From a virus: DNA of 64,000 nt. Position 1 is the first letter of the stretch. Every line of letters begins with the position of its first letter. The stretch lies in the IMG/VR virus record IMGVR_UViG_3300020159_001897, positions 2,399-66,398 of that record; one strand, given 5' to 3'. Under the pieces are notes generated by a model, which saw only the letters and a list, made by a program, of their open reading frames with translations, did no database searches and was not told the origin of the DNA. Below are positions 10,940 to 19,661 of this stretch, in pieces. The position numbers and the translations under genes were made by a program.

Positions 10940-11443
10940 CTATTCACCGACCTTAATTGTTACATTCAATGGCTTCATGCCCTTAAACCTCTTGTACATA
11001 TAGTAAGTAAAAGCATTAGCAACTGTTTTCCTGGCTCCTAAAGCAATATTTTCTCGTGCTGGTCTGGCAAATGGCCTTGGCGCCATGCGCTCAGTTCCAT
11101 ACTCAAGAAATCTTGCATACTTTAACTTTGAGCCGAAAACTGCTCGTGCTGGGTTATCTCCAACCTTGCTCAATGTTTGTGAATATATAGATTTATACAA
11201 TGGTCCGCTTGGGTCGGCAGAAGGTGGTTCCCCAGGCTGACTGGACATTCTCTGTTTTTTATTGCTTCCGTATGTTTTATATGAACCAGGATGATTAATA
11301 ATCTTTTTTATTTCTTGCTCACCCTGTCGAGCAAGTTCTTGAGCAGTATAAAAGTTTCCAGCGATACCAGCATTAATTGCGCTTGCAATCCTTTTATCGA
11401 CCTGAGACATCAGGTTATCAATCGATTTCATTCTCTTACTCAT
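10940..11443 (-). CDS. HK97 gp10-like tail component
   Basis: SQPGEPP...G.L..SI and YARFLEYGTERMAPRPF.RPA motifs. Confidence 0.85.
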   Translation of the reverse strand: MSKRMKSIDNLMSQVDKRIASAINAGIAGNFYTAQELARQGEQEIKKIINHPGSYKTYGSNKKQRMSSQPGEPPSADPSGPLYKSIYSQTLSKVGDNPARAVFGSKLKYARFLEYGTERMAPRPFARPARENIALGARKTVANAFTYYMYKRFKGMKPLNVTIKVGE

Positions 11444-11771
11444 TTAAAAGCGTCCTTCGTATCTCTAGTCTCAAATGAGTATGCGTATAAATCAAACCTT
11501 CAATTTCGTAAACACCATCCATGCTATCGTGGTATCCAGTTATAACTATCTGGTCGTTACTCACTACAGAAGTTTGCTTTGGAAGTCTTACTACCAAACT
11601 CCGTCTTTCTCCATATTTACCTAAGTCAGAAGGCTGACCTTCCTCTGTAAATTTTTGATGGATTGAACCCTTGTATGTAGTGTCAGTTACTACTGGTGTC
11701 CAAACGCCCTCTGCATCTACAGTCACAGATGATTTGCGCCGAACAGTAATTTGTTCAAATGCGCCACGCAT
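11436..11771 (-). CDS. Head closure / head-tail joining protein
   Basis: Size and synteny between the adaptor and the gp10-like gene; beta-rich. Confidence 0.6.
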   Translation of the reverse strand: MRGAFEQITVRRKSSVTVDAEGVWTPVVTDTTYKGSIHQKFTEEGQPSDLGKYGERRSLVVRLPKQTSVVSNDQIVITGYHDSMDGVYEIEGLIYTHTHLRLEIRRTLLNE

Positions 11772-11774
11772 GGT

Positions 11775-12347
11775 CTACCTAATAACCCTGCGCTTGTAGC
11801 GAAGAATATTTTTTACTTCTTGGTCAGTAAACCCGCCGCCAGGAGTTGGCTCAAAGAAGTATTCAGTTCCTTCTACTTTCAGACGCTCCATTCCTTGAGC
11901 GTCAATAAGGACCTTGCTCATCTCTCGTGTTGCAGCAGAAAGAATTACGCGCTCTAGTGCTGAAGCATCGGCATCAAGCATTCCAGCGTTATAGGTTACA
12001 AGTGCCTGATAACCAAGACCAGAAATTAAAACATTATCGATTCCCCAAGGGTAAACATCAAAGTCATAAATATTTTGAGTTGTGTAGGTTGCAGAGGCGT
12101 TGTCTATTAGTCCAATGCTGAATGAGACAACACTTCGTACTGGGGCTTTGCGTAAAAACAACTGACGCTGGCCAGGCTCAAGCATATGCTTTTCATCAGT
12201 GATGCGAACTGGGTTCAGGGGACGATTCAGTAAATATGAAATTTCTGATTCAAGGCCAGCAAGAATAGTTGAAGCCGCAGCCTGCTCACCAGCAGTGAAA
12301 GTCTTGTTCATTGCACGAGCAAGGTCAGCGTAATTCAAAATTGCCAT
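11775..12347 (-). CDS. Head-tail adaptor (gp6/gp15-like)
   Basis: YLLNRPL, LFLRKAPV.SV, VTYNAG and C-terminal IL.RYKR motifs; downstream of the capsid gene. Confidence 0.75.
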   Translation of the reverse strand: MAILNYADLARAMNKTFTAGEQAAASTILAGLESEISYLLNRPLNPVRITDEKHMLEPGQRQLFLRKAPVRSVVSFSIGLIDNASATYTTQNIYDFDVYPWGIDNVLISGLGYQALVTYNAGMLDADASALERVILSAATREMSKVLIDAQGMERLKVEGTEYFFEPTPGGGFTDQEVKNILRYKRRVIR

Positions 12348-12379
12348 AAAAACACATTACACCATTGTTTTTAGAGGGT

Positions 12380-12796
12380 CTATCGGATTGGGGCAACCCA
12401 GAAAATCTTGCGGTATTCAAAGAAGCAGATTATTGGCTCTTCTTTATCCTCTTCCATTTCAAGCAAAAATCCAGCGTTGTTGCCCTCAAAGTAAATCCTT
12501 GGATGCACTACATAACCCCTACAAGAATGCATAATTACGCTACTTGAATCAAGTGGCTCCCATCCGTATCTGACTTCGATAAGAGAGTCACTTGTATGTG
12601 CTTGTTTTATTAAACCAGATGCGCATACTTGATTGAAAATTGCATCGTATGGATAGTCGTATTGAAAATCTTTATCGTCTTGGATAAGTTCATACATTGC
12701 ATTTTTTAGGCTAAGAAAAGGTTCGTCTTTTACCCAGTACGCAGCAAAATCTATATCGTCGTTCAACCCAAATTTCTTTGGGTCCAGGCTGTCCAC
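12380..12796 (-). CDS. Hypothetical protein
   Basis: 138-aa ORF, co-oriented, abutting its neighbours. Confidence 0.6.
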   Translation of the reverse strand: MDSLDPKKFGLNDDIDFAAYWVKDEPFLSLKNAMYELIQDDKDFQYDYPYDAIFNQVCASGLIKQAHTSDSLIEVRYGWEPLDSSSVIMHSCRGYVVHPRIYFEGNNAGFLLEMEEDKEEPIICFFEYRKIFWVAPIR

Positions 12797-12799
12797 GGA

Positions 12800-12964
12800 T
12801 TACTTTGTTTCTGTAGCGAATGGGTCATTTACCGAGATAGGCATGACCTTATATCGCATTGCATCTTCAACACTAATGCGCTCGCCCTTACGGACAACCT
12901 TCACACTTTTGCCTTCGATGTTCTCGTAAATATCGCGTGGAGCGATTACTGCAATTTGTGACAT
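12800..12964 (-). CDS. Small protein (54 aa) after the capsid gene, probably leaderless
   Basis: Manual read MSQIAVIAPRDIYENIEGKSVKVVRKGERISVEDAMRY...; TAATAT -10-like box just upstream of the ATG; no SD. Confidence 0.65.
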   Translation of the reverse strand: MSQIAVIAPRDIYENIEGKSVKVVRKGERISVEDAMRYKVMPISVNDPFATETK

Positions 12965-12985
12965 GCAAACATATTAGCACAAAGC

Positions 12986-13014
12986 AAAAAGCCTGGGCCG
13001 AAGCCCAGGCTTTT
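12986..13014 (-). terminator. Intrinsic terminator after the major capsid gene
   Basis: GCCUGGGC-UUCG-GCCCAGGC followed by UUUUU on the minus strand. Confidence 0.9.
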
Positions 13015-13034
13015 CACTTTTCTGACTGTAATTA

Positions 13035-14333
13035 TCAGGCAGGTGCGCTGTCGAGGGTAACTTCGACGAACGACTCTGGACGCTTAACAGCAAGTGCAAT
13101 ACGCTCTTCAGCAAGTACTGCAACTGCGTTGCGAACAAAGAAGTCGCTGTGTTGCTCGGAAACGCGGATGTTGCCTTCCATACGGTCGTACAGCGTTGCG
13201 CCAACACCGAATGAACCAAGTAGAACCTTGCCTTCGGTGATTGCTGGCGTGCTGACGATTGGCAAACGCCACAAGCGAGCCTCTGCGCCCATCGATACGG
13301 ACATAAGCATCAAATACTGTGCTTGTGAGTCCTTCGTGAGTTCAATGTCTTCGAGGTCGTTCGGGTGAACAATCATACCTGTTGGCTCGTAGTAAGCAAG
13401 CAACGACTTGGTGATACCGCGACGAATTGCATCGAGACGGGTATCTCCAGCGCCACCAGTTGACCAAGTTGAAGTCTGAATTCCAGAGGTCGAACGGATA
13501 CCAGTGAGGTTTTGGCCAACACCGTTTCCGTTAAGAATCTGGTCATCTTCTACCAGGCGGAGTCCGTACAACAGTTCGTTGTCGATAATTCCACGAAGGG
13601 TTGGCTCATCGTCCAACACATTGCGGTGAGCAACTTCGTAGTGAGCAATCGTGCGAACTGGAGCCTGAACACCAACGACGGTCATTGACGACTGTGGTTT
13701 TACACCAAAGGCGTTGTTTGCGTCGTTGCGCTCTGCAACTGTCGATGCGTTGTTTGTGAAACCAGAAACACGGAAGTATTCAACCATGTTGCTGCTCGTC
13801 TGCTGTACATCGAAGAGTTCGCGTACGCGCATGGTGCGCTTCTGACGCTCTACGATACCTTCGCGCTGTGGCGTGCCGAAGTCTGTAGGGGTGCCTGATG
13901 GCAATCCTGTGTAGACATCTTTGCGACCCCAGTGTGACGAGAATGCACCATTCACTTGGAACGGAGCATGCATCGTGTAACCAGACTTACCACCAGCAAT
14001 TGCCTTGAACTCATCTGATTCAATGAACTGCTCGCCAAGGCTCTTTGAGCCCTGTGGAACAATCAAACCAGACTTGGTCTGTGCTACTGGTGCGGTCATG
14101 CCTTCAGCCCATGAGCGAATTTCGCCCATGCCTTCCAGGGCCTCAATTTCTGCACGAATTTCGCGTGCTTTTGCGAGGTTACCGCGGAATGCTTCAACAT
14201 GCTTTGCTTGTACTTGAACTTCAGGTCCGCCTTCTTCGCGGGTAGCACCTGCATGGGTAACGATGTCATCGTTATCTGCAAGAACTGCACGGAGGGCTGA
14301 CTTGAGTTCCTTTAAACGGCTATCTGTAGCCAT
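13035..14333 (-). CDS. Major capsid protein, HK97 fold, with N-terminal delta domain
   Basis: Coiled-coil N-terminus; EDDQILNGNG, RLWRLPIV.T and FVRNAVAVLAEER.AL.V.RPESFV motifs. AAGGAG RBS before MATDS. Confidence 0.95.
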   Translation of the reverse strand: MATDSRLKELKSALRAVLADNDDIVTHAGATREEGGPEVQVQAKHVEAFRGNLAKAREIRAEIEALEGMGEIRSWAEGMTAPVAQTKSGLIVPQGSKSLGEQFIESDEFKAIAGGKSGYTMHAPFQVNGAFSSHWGRKDVYTGLPSGTPTDFGTPQREGIVERQKRTMRVRELFDVQQTSSNMVEYFRVSGFTNNASTVAERNDANNAFGVKPQSSMTVVGVQAPVRTIAHYEVAHRNVLDDEPTLRGIIDNELLYGLRLVEDDQILNGNGVGQNLTGIRSTSGIQTSTWSTGGAGDTRLDAIRRGITKSLLAYYEPTGMIVHPNDLEDIELTKDSQAQYLMLMSVSMGAEARLWRLPIVSTPAITEGKVLLGSFGVGATLYDRMEGNIRVSEQHSDFFVRNAVAVLAEERIALAVKRPESFVEVTLDSAPA

Positions 14334-14444
14334 AGTGATATACTCCTTTTGAGTAATAGTGGAACTTCGGACACAAGGTAAGCACCTCGTATTAAATATT
14401 ATGCTTGTTCTTTGATAGTTTGTCAAGCAGGGGTTAGGTTATTT

Positions 14445-14747
14445 TTAATTCTCTTCGTCTTCTTCATCTTCGTTTTGACCAAACATGTCCAATAGGTCTT
14501 GGAATGTAACATCAGAAGCCATAAAGGGCTTGGCTATTACATCTCCCTTGAATGTAATTTTTGGACCTACTGCAATATTGCTCATCGCTTCTAGTATGCG
14601 TTCAAATACGGAAACGGCAACGAATGGCGGTATTGACCCTAGGTCAACATGGATTGGCTCATCTCTGTCTTCGTAAGAAACGGAAATAGTAATCATTGGA
14701 AAGCGCAGGTTCATCTGGCTTTCAAGAGGGTCACGACCCTCTGTCAT
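14445..14747 (-). CDS. Hypothetical protein with acidic tail
   Basis: Overlaps the upstream stop (ATGA). Confidence 0.6.
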   Translation of the reverse strand: MTEGRDPLESQMNLRFPMITISVSYEDRDEPIHVDLGSIPPFVAVSVFERILEAMSNIAVGPKITFKGDVIAKPFMASDVTFQDLLDMFGQNEDEEDEEN

Positions 14748-15730
14748 TTTTTCTTATCTGCCTTGTAAATCTTTCCGCGATAGAACATAGAGCCATTGTG
14801 AATCGGAACAAGTTCTAGATGGAATGGACCATCTCCAGCAACATAGTGGACAACAGCAATTCCTTGCTGCCAATCTTCCGTACATGGGATTGGGCGTCCG
14901 TCGAGGTCCGTCCCGCCTTTTGTGCTTGGCACGACGCCGTCCACGCGAGCAAGACATCCTGCAGATGCAGCAAGAATAGTTTTATCTTCATCCCAATCTT
15001 GGCGGGTTCGCTCTGCCCATTCGCGGCGATGGATATGTCCGTAAAGAACTGAAGTCTTTTCTGTTGCGAGATATTTATGAGCAGTGCTTCCGCCAGATGC
15101 GACTTTATGTCCGTGAATAATTCTTAACTTGCGATTAACCCAATATGTTGACGCTGGGTATCCTGGCAAATACTTAACACCAAATTCTTCAAATCTGCAA
15201 AGATAAGGAAGCGACATAACTGGCCATGAGTCTGGAATGTTGCCACGCTTCAAACCAAAAGCAGCGTTTGCATTATCAAGAATATAATTTCCTAATCTTG
15301 CTTCGTGATTTCCCTCAAGCCAAACAATTTCAGCGAGTGGAGATGCTGCACGAAGACGAGCCATAAGCGTTGTTAAATAATCAATTGTTTTTTGTGTTGT
15401 CAATTGATAAGCAGGAGTTAGTCTGTACTTTCCAAATTCCGCGAAGTCAGCATTATCTCCATTCATTGCAATTACATCTGGCTTTGATTCTTTAATAAAT
15501 TCAACAGCCAAATTGATTGCAATTTCATCATGGATAGCAACAAAATTGCCATTTACATCCCTGAAATAACCACATTGCATATCTGGCAAAACTACGCATG
15601 TTTTAAACTGTGACTTTTCTTTTTTAACAGTTGTAACTGTCGGAAGTTTTATTGACGGGCCTCTTTTTACTACTGGCCATTCTGGGGAGTTGCGATTCAT
15701 TGCTGATTTTAAATCTTTTGACAATGACAT
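14744..15730 (-). CDS. Calcineurin-like metallophosphoesterase
   Basis: PDMQ, NGD.AD, GNHE, HGH and GHIHR motifs. Confidence 0.85.
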   Translation of the reverse strand: MSLSKDLKSAMNRNSPEWPVVKRGPSIKLPTVTTVKKEKSQFKTCVVLPDMQCGYFRDVNGNFVAIHDEIAINLAVEFIKESKPDVIAMNGDNADFAEFGKYRLTPAYQLTTQKTIDYLTTLMARLRAASPLAEIVWLEGNHEARLGNYILDNANAAFGLKRGNIPDSWPVMSLPYLCRFEEFGVKYLPGYPASTYWVNRKLRIIHGHKVASGGSTAHKYLATEKTSVLYGHIHRREWAERTRQDWDEDKTILAASAGCLARVDGVVPSTKGGTDLDGRPIPCTEDWQQGIAVVHYVAGDGPFHLELVPIHNGSMFYRGKIYKADKKK

Positions 15731-15990
15731 TATTTGCCCCCAATATAATTGTTGCTTCTAGTTTCAAAATTTTCAACATTGGCATGTCGCCAATTATCTA
15801 CAGCGCTCCTACCAATTACATAGCCGCGACCCTTTAGAACTTTTGAAATTGTGCGACTTGATACTGAAAGGTCTTTCATTGCATCAACGAGCGAAGCAGA
15901 ATCTTTTGCACTCAAAGATGCCAAAAGTTTATCCACCTTGCCAATTGTCGTGCTTTTTTGAACTCTGGCTATTTCCTTGCCAATATCCAC
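15730..15990 (-). CDS. Small HTH-like protein
   Basis: SSRTISKVL...G.VIGRSAVDNWR pattern; GGAGGG RBS. Confidence 0.55.
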   Translation of the reverse strand: MDIGKEIARVQKSTTIGKVDKLLASLSAKDSASLVDAMKDLSVSSRTISKVLKGRGYVIGRSAVDNWRHANVENFETRSNNYIGGK

Positions 15991-16025
15991 AACCCCTCCA
16001 CGGGCGCTAATAACGCCCGTGAATA

Positions 16026-16916
16026 CTATAGCACTTTGATGAGGTCGTGAAACTCTTTAAGGTCATCGAACGAAAGTTCTGCAGTTTCCATCTGAACCAC
16101 TTCAGACTTTTCTTCAGCAACAACTTCTTCAGCAGCAACTTCTTCTACTGCCGCTTCAACTGCTGCTTCTTCTGCTGGTGCATCTGCAGCAACTTCTTCG
16201 ACAGCAACTTCAGCAACTGCTTCTTCGGCAACTACTTCAGCGGCTTCATCAGACTTGGTCTCAACAGTAATTTCTTCTGCCTTAACTTCTGCAGTGTTCA
16301 TTGCAGCAAGAGCCTTGGCAACCTCGCGTGCAACAATCTCGGCAATCTGTGCTTCAATGTTCATGTCTATGCTCTTTTCGTTATCCTCAACCATTGACAT
16401 TTCGTCTTCTGGCATGTCTTCATCTTCTGGGTCTTCTTCATCCATTGGCTCTGGAAGTTCTTCAACCATAGTCAATGCATCACCGTATGCTACTACAGTA
16501 ACATTAGTAGGCATCCATTCGTCTTCATCCCACATCCAAACACGGACAATATAGGCTGGACGCTCAGCAGAGCCTTCAATTTCAAGGCCTTGTGGTTCTC
16601 CGCGAACCGTTCCTTCGGTCGAAGAAGACAAGATATCACCATAGTAGGCGCCGTTTGATGTCTCCCATGAGACAATGGCTCCTTCGGTCATTCCTTCATC
16701 AACCTTTTCCATAACTACGAAGGTGCGGAGTTTGACATCTTCAACTGAAATTAAAACAGTTTCATCTGTCTCCTCAAGACCTTCCATGTCTAGGCACTTT
16801 TGGATTAATGCTTCGCCGTCTTCGGAGATACCAACAATGATGCCTACGCTGTCATCGCTCAATAGAGCCTGCTGCCCAACAAAGGACTTGTACGACTCGA
16901 TATCAATCTTGCTCAT
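16026..16916 (-). CDS. Acidic scaffold-like head protein with a Tudor/DUF2945-like domain
   Basis: EGAIVSWETSNGAYYGDI...PAYIVRVW domain; long A/E/V-rich tail; directly after the protease. Start moved to MSKID, behind GGAG. Confidence 0.55.
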   Translation of the reverse strand: MSKIDIESYKSFVGQQALLSDDSVGIIVGISEDGEALIQKCLDMEGLEETDETVLISVEDVKLRTFVVMEKVDEGMTEGAIVSWETSNGAYYGDILSSSTEGTVRGEPQGLEIEGSAERPAYIVRVWMWDEDEWMPTNVTVVAYGDALTMVEELPEPMDEEDPEDEDMPEDEMSMVEDNEKSIDMNIEAQIAEIVAREVAKALAAMNTAEVKAEEITVETKSDEAAEVVAEEAVAEVAVEEVAADAPAEEAAVEAAVEEVAAEEVVAEEKSEVVQMETAELSFDDLKEFHDLIKVL

Positions 16917-19581
16917 CTGTTTTCTCCGTGATAGATAGTGGCTCACTAATGAGGCCTTTTTGCATCATAACATTATCAATGTACCCATCTGACTTTAGTT
17001 CAGGTGGCTTCTTGCCGAAGTCACGGTAGTGACGGGCGAGATGATTGTACACAGCCTTGCGGTCTTCTCCGCGAAGTATCGTTCCACCGCGTCCACCGTT
17101 GAGGATTGCCATTTCAGATTTCAACTCTGAGTATGCGGCAGCGCCAGGTTGGCCATCTTCAGAAACATGGTGATGGATAAATGTGTAATGGGTCTTGCGG
17201 GTTCCATCTGTTCCAGGAGTATGGTAAGCAAAAATCTTCTTGTAATACGATGGGTCTTCTGGCGAGCGTGTATTCAGGATTGCTGAACGGTCAAGAGTCT
17301 CGTCGTCGCGAACTGGCGTTTTATGCGAAGGCACTGGACCACCAGCGGCTTTAACTTCAAGGCCAGCATCTTCACTTAGTGGCTTAGTAATAATCCCTTT
17401 TTGAATCATCACATAGTCAACAAATTCATCTGACTTAAGTTCTGGTGGCTCTTTACCAGCATCACGGTAGTGTGCAGCGATGTGGTTATAAACACCACGA
17501 CGGGCCTCTCCGCGCAATACGGTTCCAGAGCGACCACCATTCAAAACAGCCATCGAATTGACAAGGGCTGAGTATGATGCTTCGCCAGGTGTGCCATCGG
17601 CATTTACATAATGGTGGATAAAATTGTAATGAGTCTTGCGGTCTCCAACTGTATTTGGATTTTGGAATGCAAAGATTCTGTTGTAGTAAGAGGGTGTCGA
17701 TGGTGATTTCATGTTTCGATACGGGACTGTTTTATCCCATGCTCGTGACATGTTTACGGCAGTTTCATGTGTTGCGATAACGCGACCATTTGGACCAGCC
17801 TCTTTAACTTCTTCATCAATTTCTGCAGATTTCATTCCAGCAGTTTCTTCGGTGCGCATCTTTGGTTCGCCCAAAAGTTCTTCGCGGATAATCCACAACT
17901 TGCAAATTGCTTCTGGCTCAATGCTTCCAGAAACAATTTCACACTTTTTCCCACCCTCAAAGAAGACACAGTTAGAACACTTCATGCCTTCTGAAGCAAA
18001 TGGATTCTCTTCCATGTAGTGAGCGCCATTAGCGCCATTTCCTTGGTCCCACATACCGAATTCTTCGGCCATAGTTTCAAAAAGGTCATACATAGTAAAC
18101 TGGCGTGGGTTAAGGCCCATTTCTTGCTGTTCGGCAAGACCCTCAACCATGTCGTCTTGATGTGGAACAACTTCTGGACCCTGCATTTCTTCGTGCATAT
18201 ACTTTTCGTCTTGCATTGCTGCATTTAGCGCTGCAAGGTGTGCTTGCGCTTCGCCAAGAGTAAGGTGGCATCCGCCTGAAACCATTCCTTCTCCGACCTT
18301 AACAACCGCATAACCATTGCATCCCTGAACATCTTGTTCAATGCTGTAAGGCTTTTCCTCTGGTTTGCTTGGGCTTGTTCCAATTCTTTGTGGGGTACCA
18401 AAAGAACCTGGAGTTCCTGACGGCAAGTCAGTGTAAACATCTTTCTTTGGAGCATCAATTTTGGATAGCGTAGAAAACTTATGTCCTACTCTTACTTCTG
18501 TTGGAGAGTACGACAATCCTTCTTTGCGGTATACGCGAATAAGTGCTGCTGGGTCGTCTGGAGTGCCAGTAATAGTAAAACTGCTATCTGGAACATTTAT
18601 CTTCCCATTGCGTTCTACTCGCTCAATTCGACCGTAGGCACGACCTCCAGATGAACGCCAAGAAACAAAGTCACCAGTTTTTAAAGCATCTGGCGCAGCC
18701 TTCATCTCGTCGCGTGAATTCATCGCGTCAACAAGTTTTTGCGACCAGCGCCATCCTTCGTTGCCTCCCCAAAGTTTCCAAGCAATAAGTCCTGCGCCTG
18801 GATATCCATCTGCGCCTGGTTTGCTATTTGATGGAGTCTTAAGGTCTACCGCATGGCGCGGGAAGTAGCGCGCAATGTGGCGAGCCTTCTCTGGGCTAAC
18901 AGTAGAATTGTTGAGTAGGTAATTAGCCGTAGCCTTGCCGACCTGAGTTCCGCCTCTGTTAAATTCTTTCGACCACCCGAGACCAATCTCTGCCTGCTTT
19001 TTGACACCAGAAGGAATGCTGAAATTGATATCGTCATACTTGCCAGGAGCCTTTGCTTCAATTTCGACTCCATCCTCTTTCAGGCTTAGTGTTCGGGTGC
19101 TTGGGGCGGCACCAAAAATTACTGGGGAGTACTCAAACAATTCCAATTGCTTGATGTAGCGGATTCCAGTTTTCGAGTCAACCGTATATTTGCCCTCTGG
19201 AACGGCATAGCCAATTGACCATTCCTGCTCTGGCCCAAAGAACTGGACATCAAAAAATGCATCGCGACCGCGGCTGGTGTTTAGGTTGAACTGCATTTTT
19301 ACAAGCAGAGCGCCAGCGTTTTGCTGAATAAGGTCATTCGGTAGGCGTGGGTCATTAGGAAGAAGTTCTTCAACGCGGAGGGTTTTGCCAACTGGGATAT
19401 TCGTATCGTGAGACCATACGACTTTTGGGTTGCGCTTTTTTAGCGTTAATTTATAAGCGCCTGGCTCAATTACATCGTTTACGGAGTCGACAATATTGGT
19501 AACGGAGACAATTGCCTCAACGATTCCATCCACATCATCAATGCCACGAACTGATGAAACTGATACTTGTTTGTGTTCCAA
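16903..19581 (-). CDS. HK97-family prohead protease with a long multidomain extension
   Basis: D...D.I.PGAY, WSHD...PVG, WSIGY and L.EYSPV.FGA motifs, then ~700 aa of extra domains. TTG start behind GGAGG. Confidence 0.9.
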   Translation of the reverse strand: MEHKQVSVSSVRGIDDVDGIVEAIVSVTNIVDSVNDVIEPGAYKLTLKKRNPKVVWSHDTNIPVGKTLRVEELLPNDPRLPNDLIQQNAGALLVKMQFNLNTSRGRDAFFDVQFFGPEQEWSIGYAVPEGKYTVDSKTGIRYIKQLELFEYSPVIFGAAPSTRTLSLKEDGVEIEAKAPGKYDDINFSIPSGVKKQAEIGLGWSKEFNRGGTQVGKATANYLLNNSTVSPEKARHIARYFPRHAVDLKTPSNSKPGADGYPGAGLIAWKLWGGNEGWRWSQKLVDAMNSRDEMKAAPDALKTGDFVSWRSSGGRAYGRIERVERNGKINVPDSSFTITGTPDDPAALIRVYRKEGLSYSPTEVRVGHKFSTLSKIDAPKKDVYTDLPSGTPGSFGTPQRIGTSPSKPEEKPYSIEQDVQGCNGYAVVKVGEGMVSGGCHLTLGEAQAHLAALNAAMQDEKYMHEEMQGPEVVPHQDDMVEGLAEQQEMGLNPRQFTMYDLFETMAEEFGMWDQGNGANGAHYMEENPFASEGMKCSNCVFFEGGKKCEIVSGSIEPEAICKLWIIREELLGEPKMRTEETAGMKSAEIDEEVKEAGPNGRVIATHETAVNMSRAWDKTVPYRNMKSPSTPSYYNRIFAFQNPNTVGDRKTHYNFIHHYVNADGTPGEASYSALVNSMAVLNGGRSGTVLRGEARRGVYNHIAAHYRDAGKEPPELKSDEFVDYVMIQKGIITKPLSEDAGLEVKAAGGPVPSHKTPVRDDETLDRSAILNTRSPEDPSYYKKIFAYHTPGTDGTRKTHYTFIHHHVSEDGQPGAAAYSELKSEMAILNGGRGGTILRGEDRKAVYNHLARHYRDFGKKPPELKSDGYIDNVMMQKGLISEPLSITEKTDEQD

Positions 19582-19661
19582 AACGGCCTCCTGCAAGAAG
19601 AGTAGCAGAAAATTGCAGTAAATGTTGTAATGTAGAGACTAACTATTTAATTTCGTATAGT

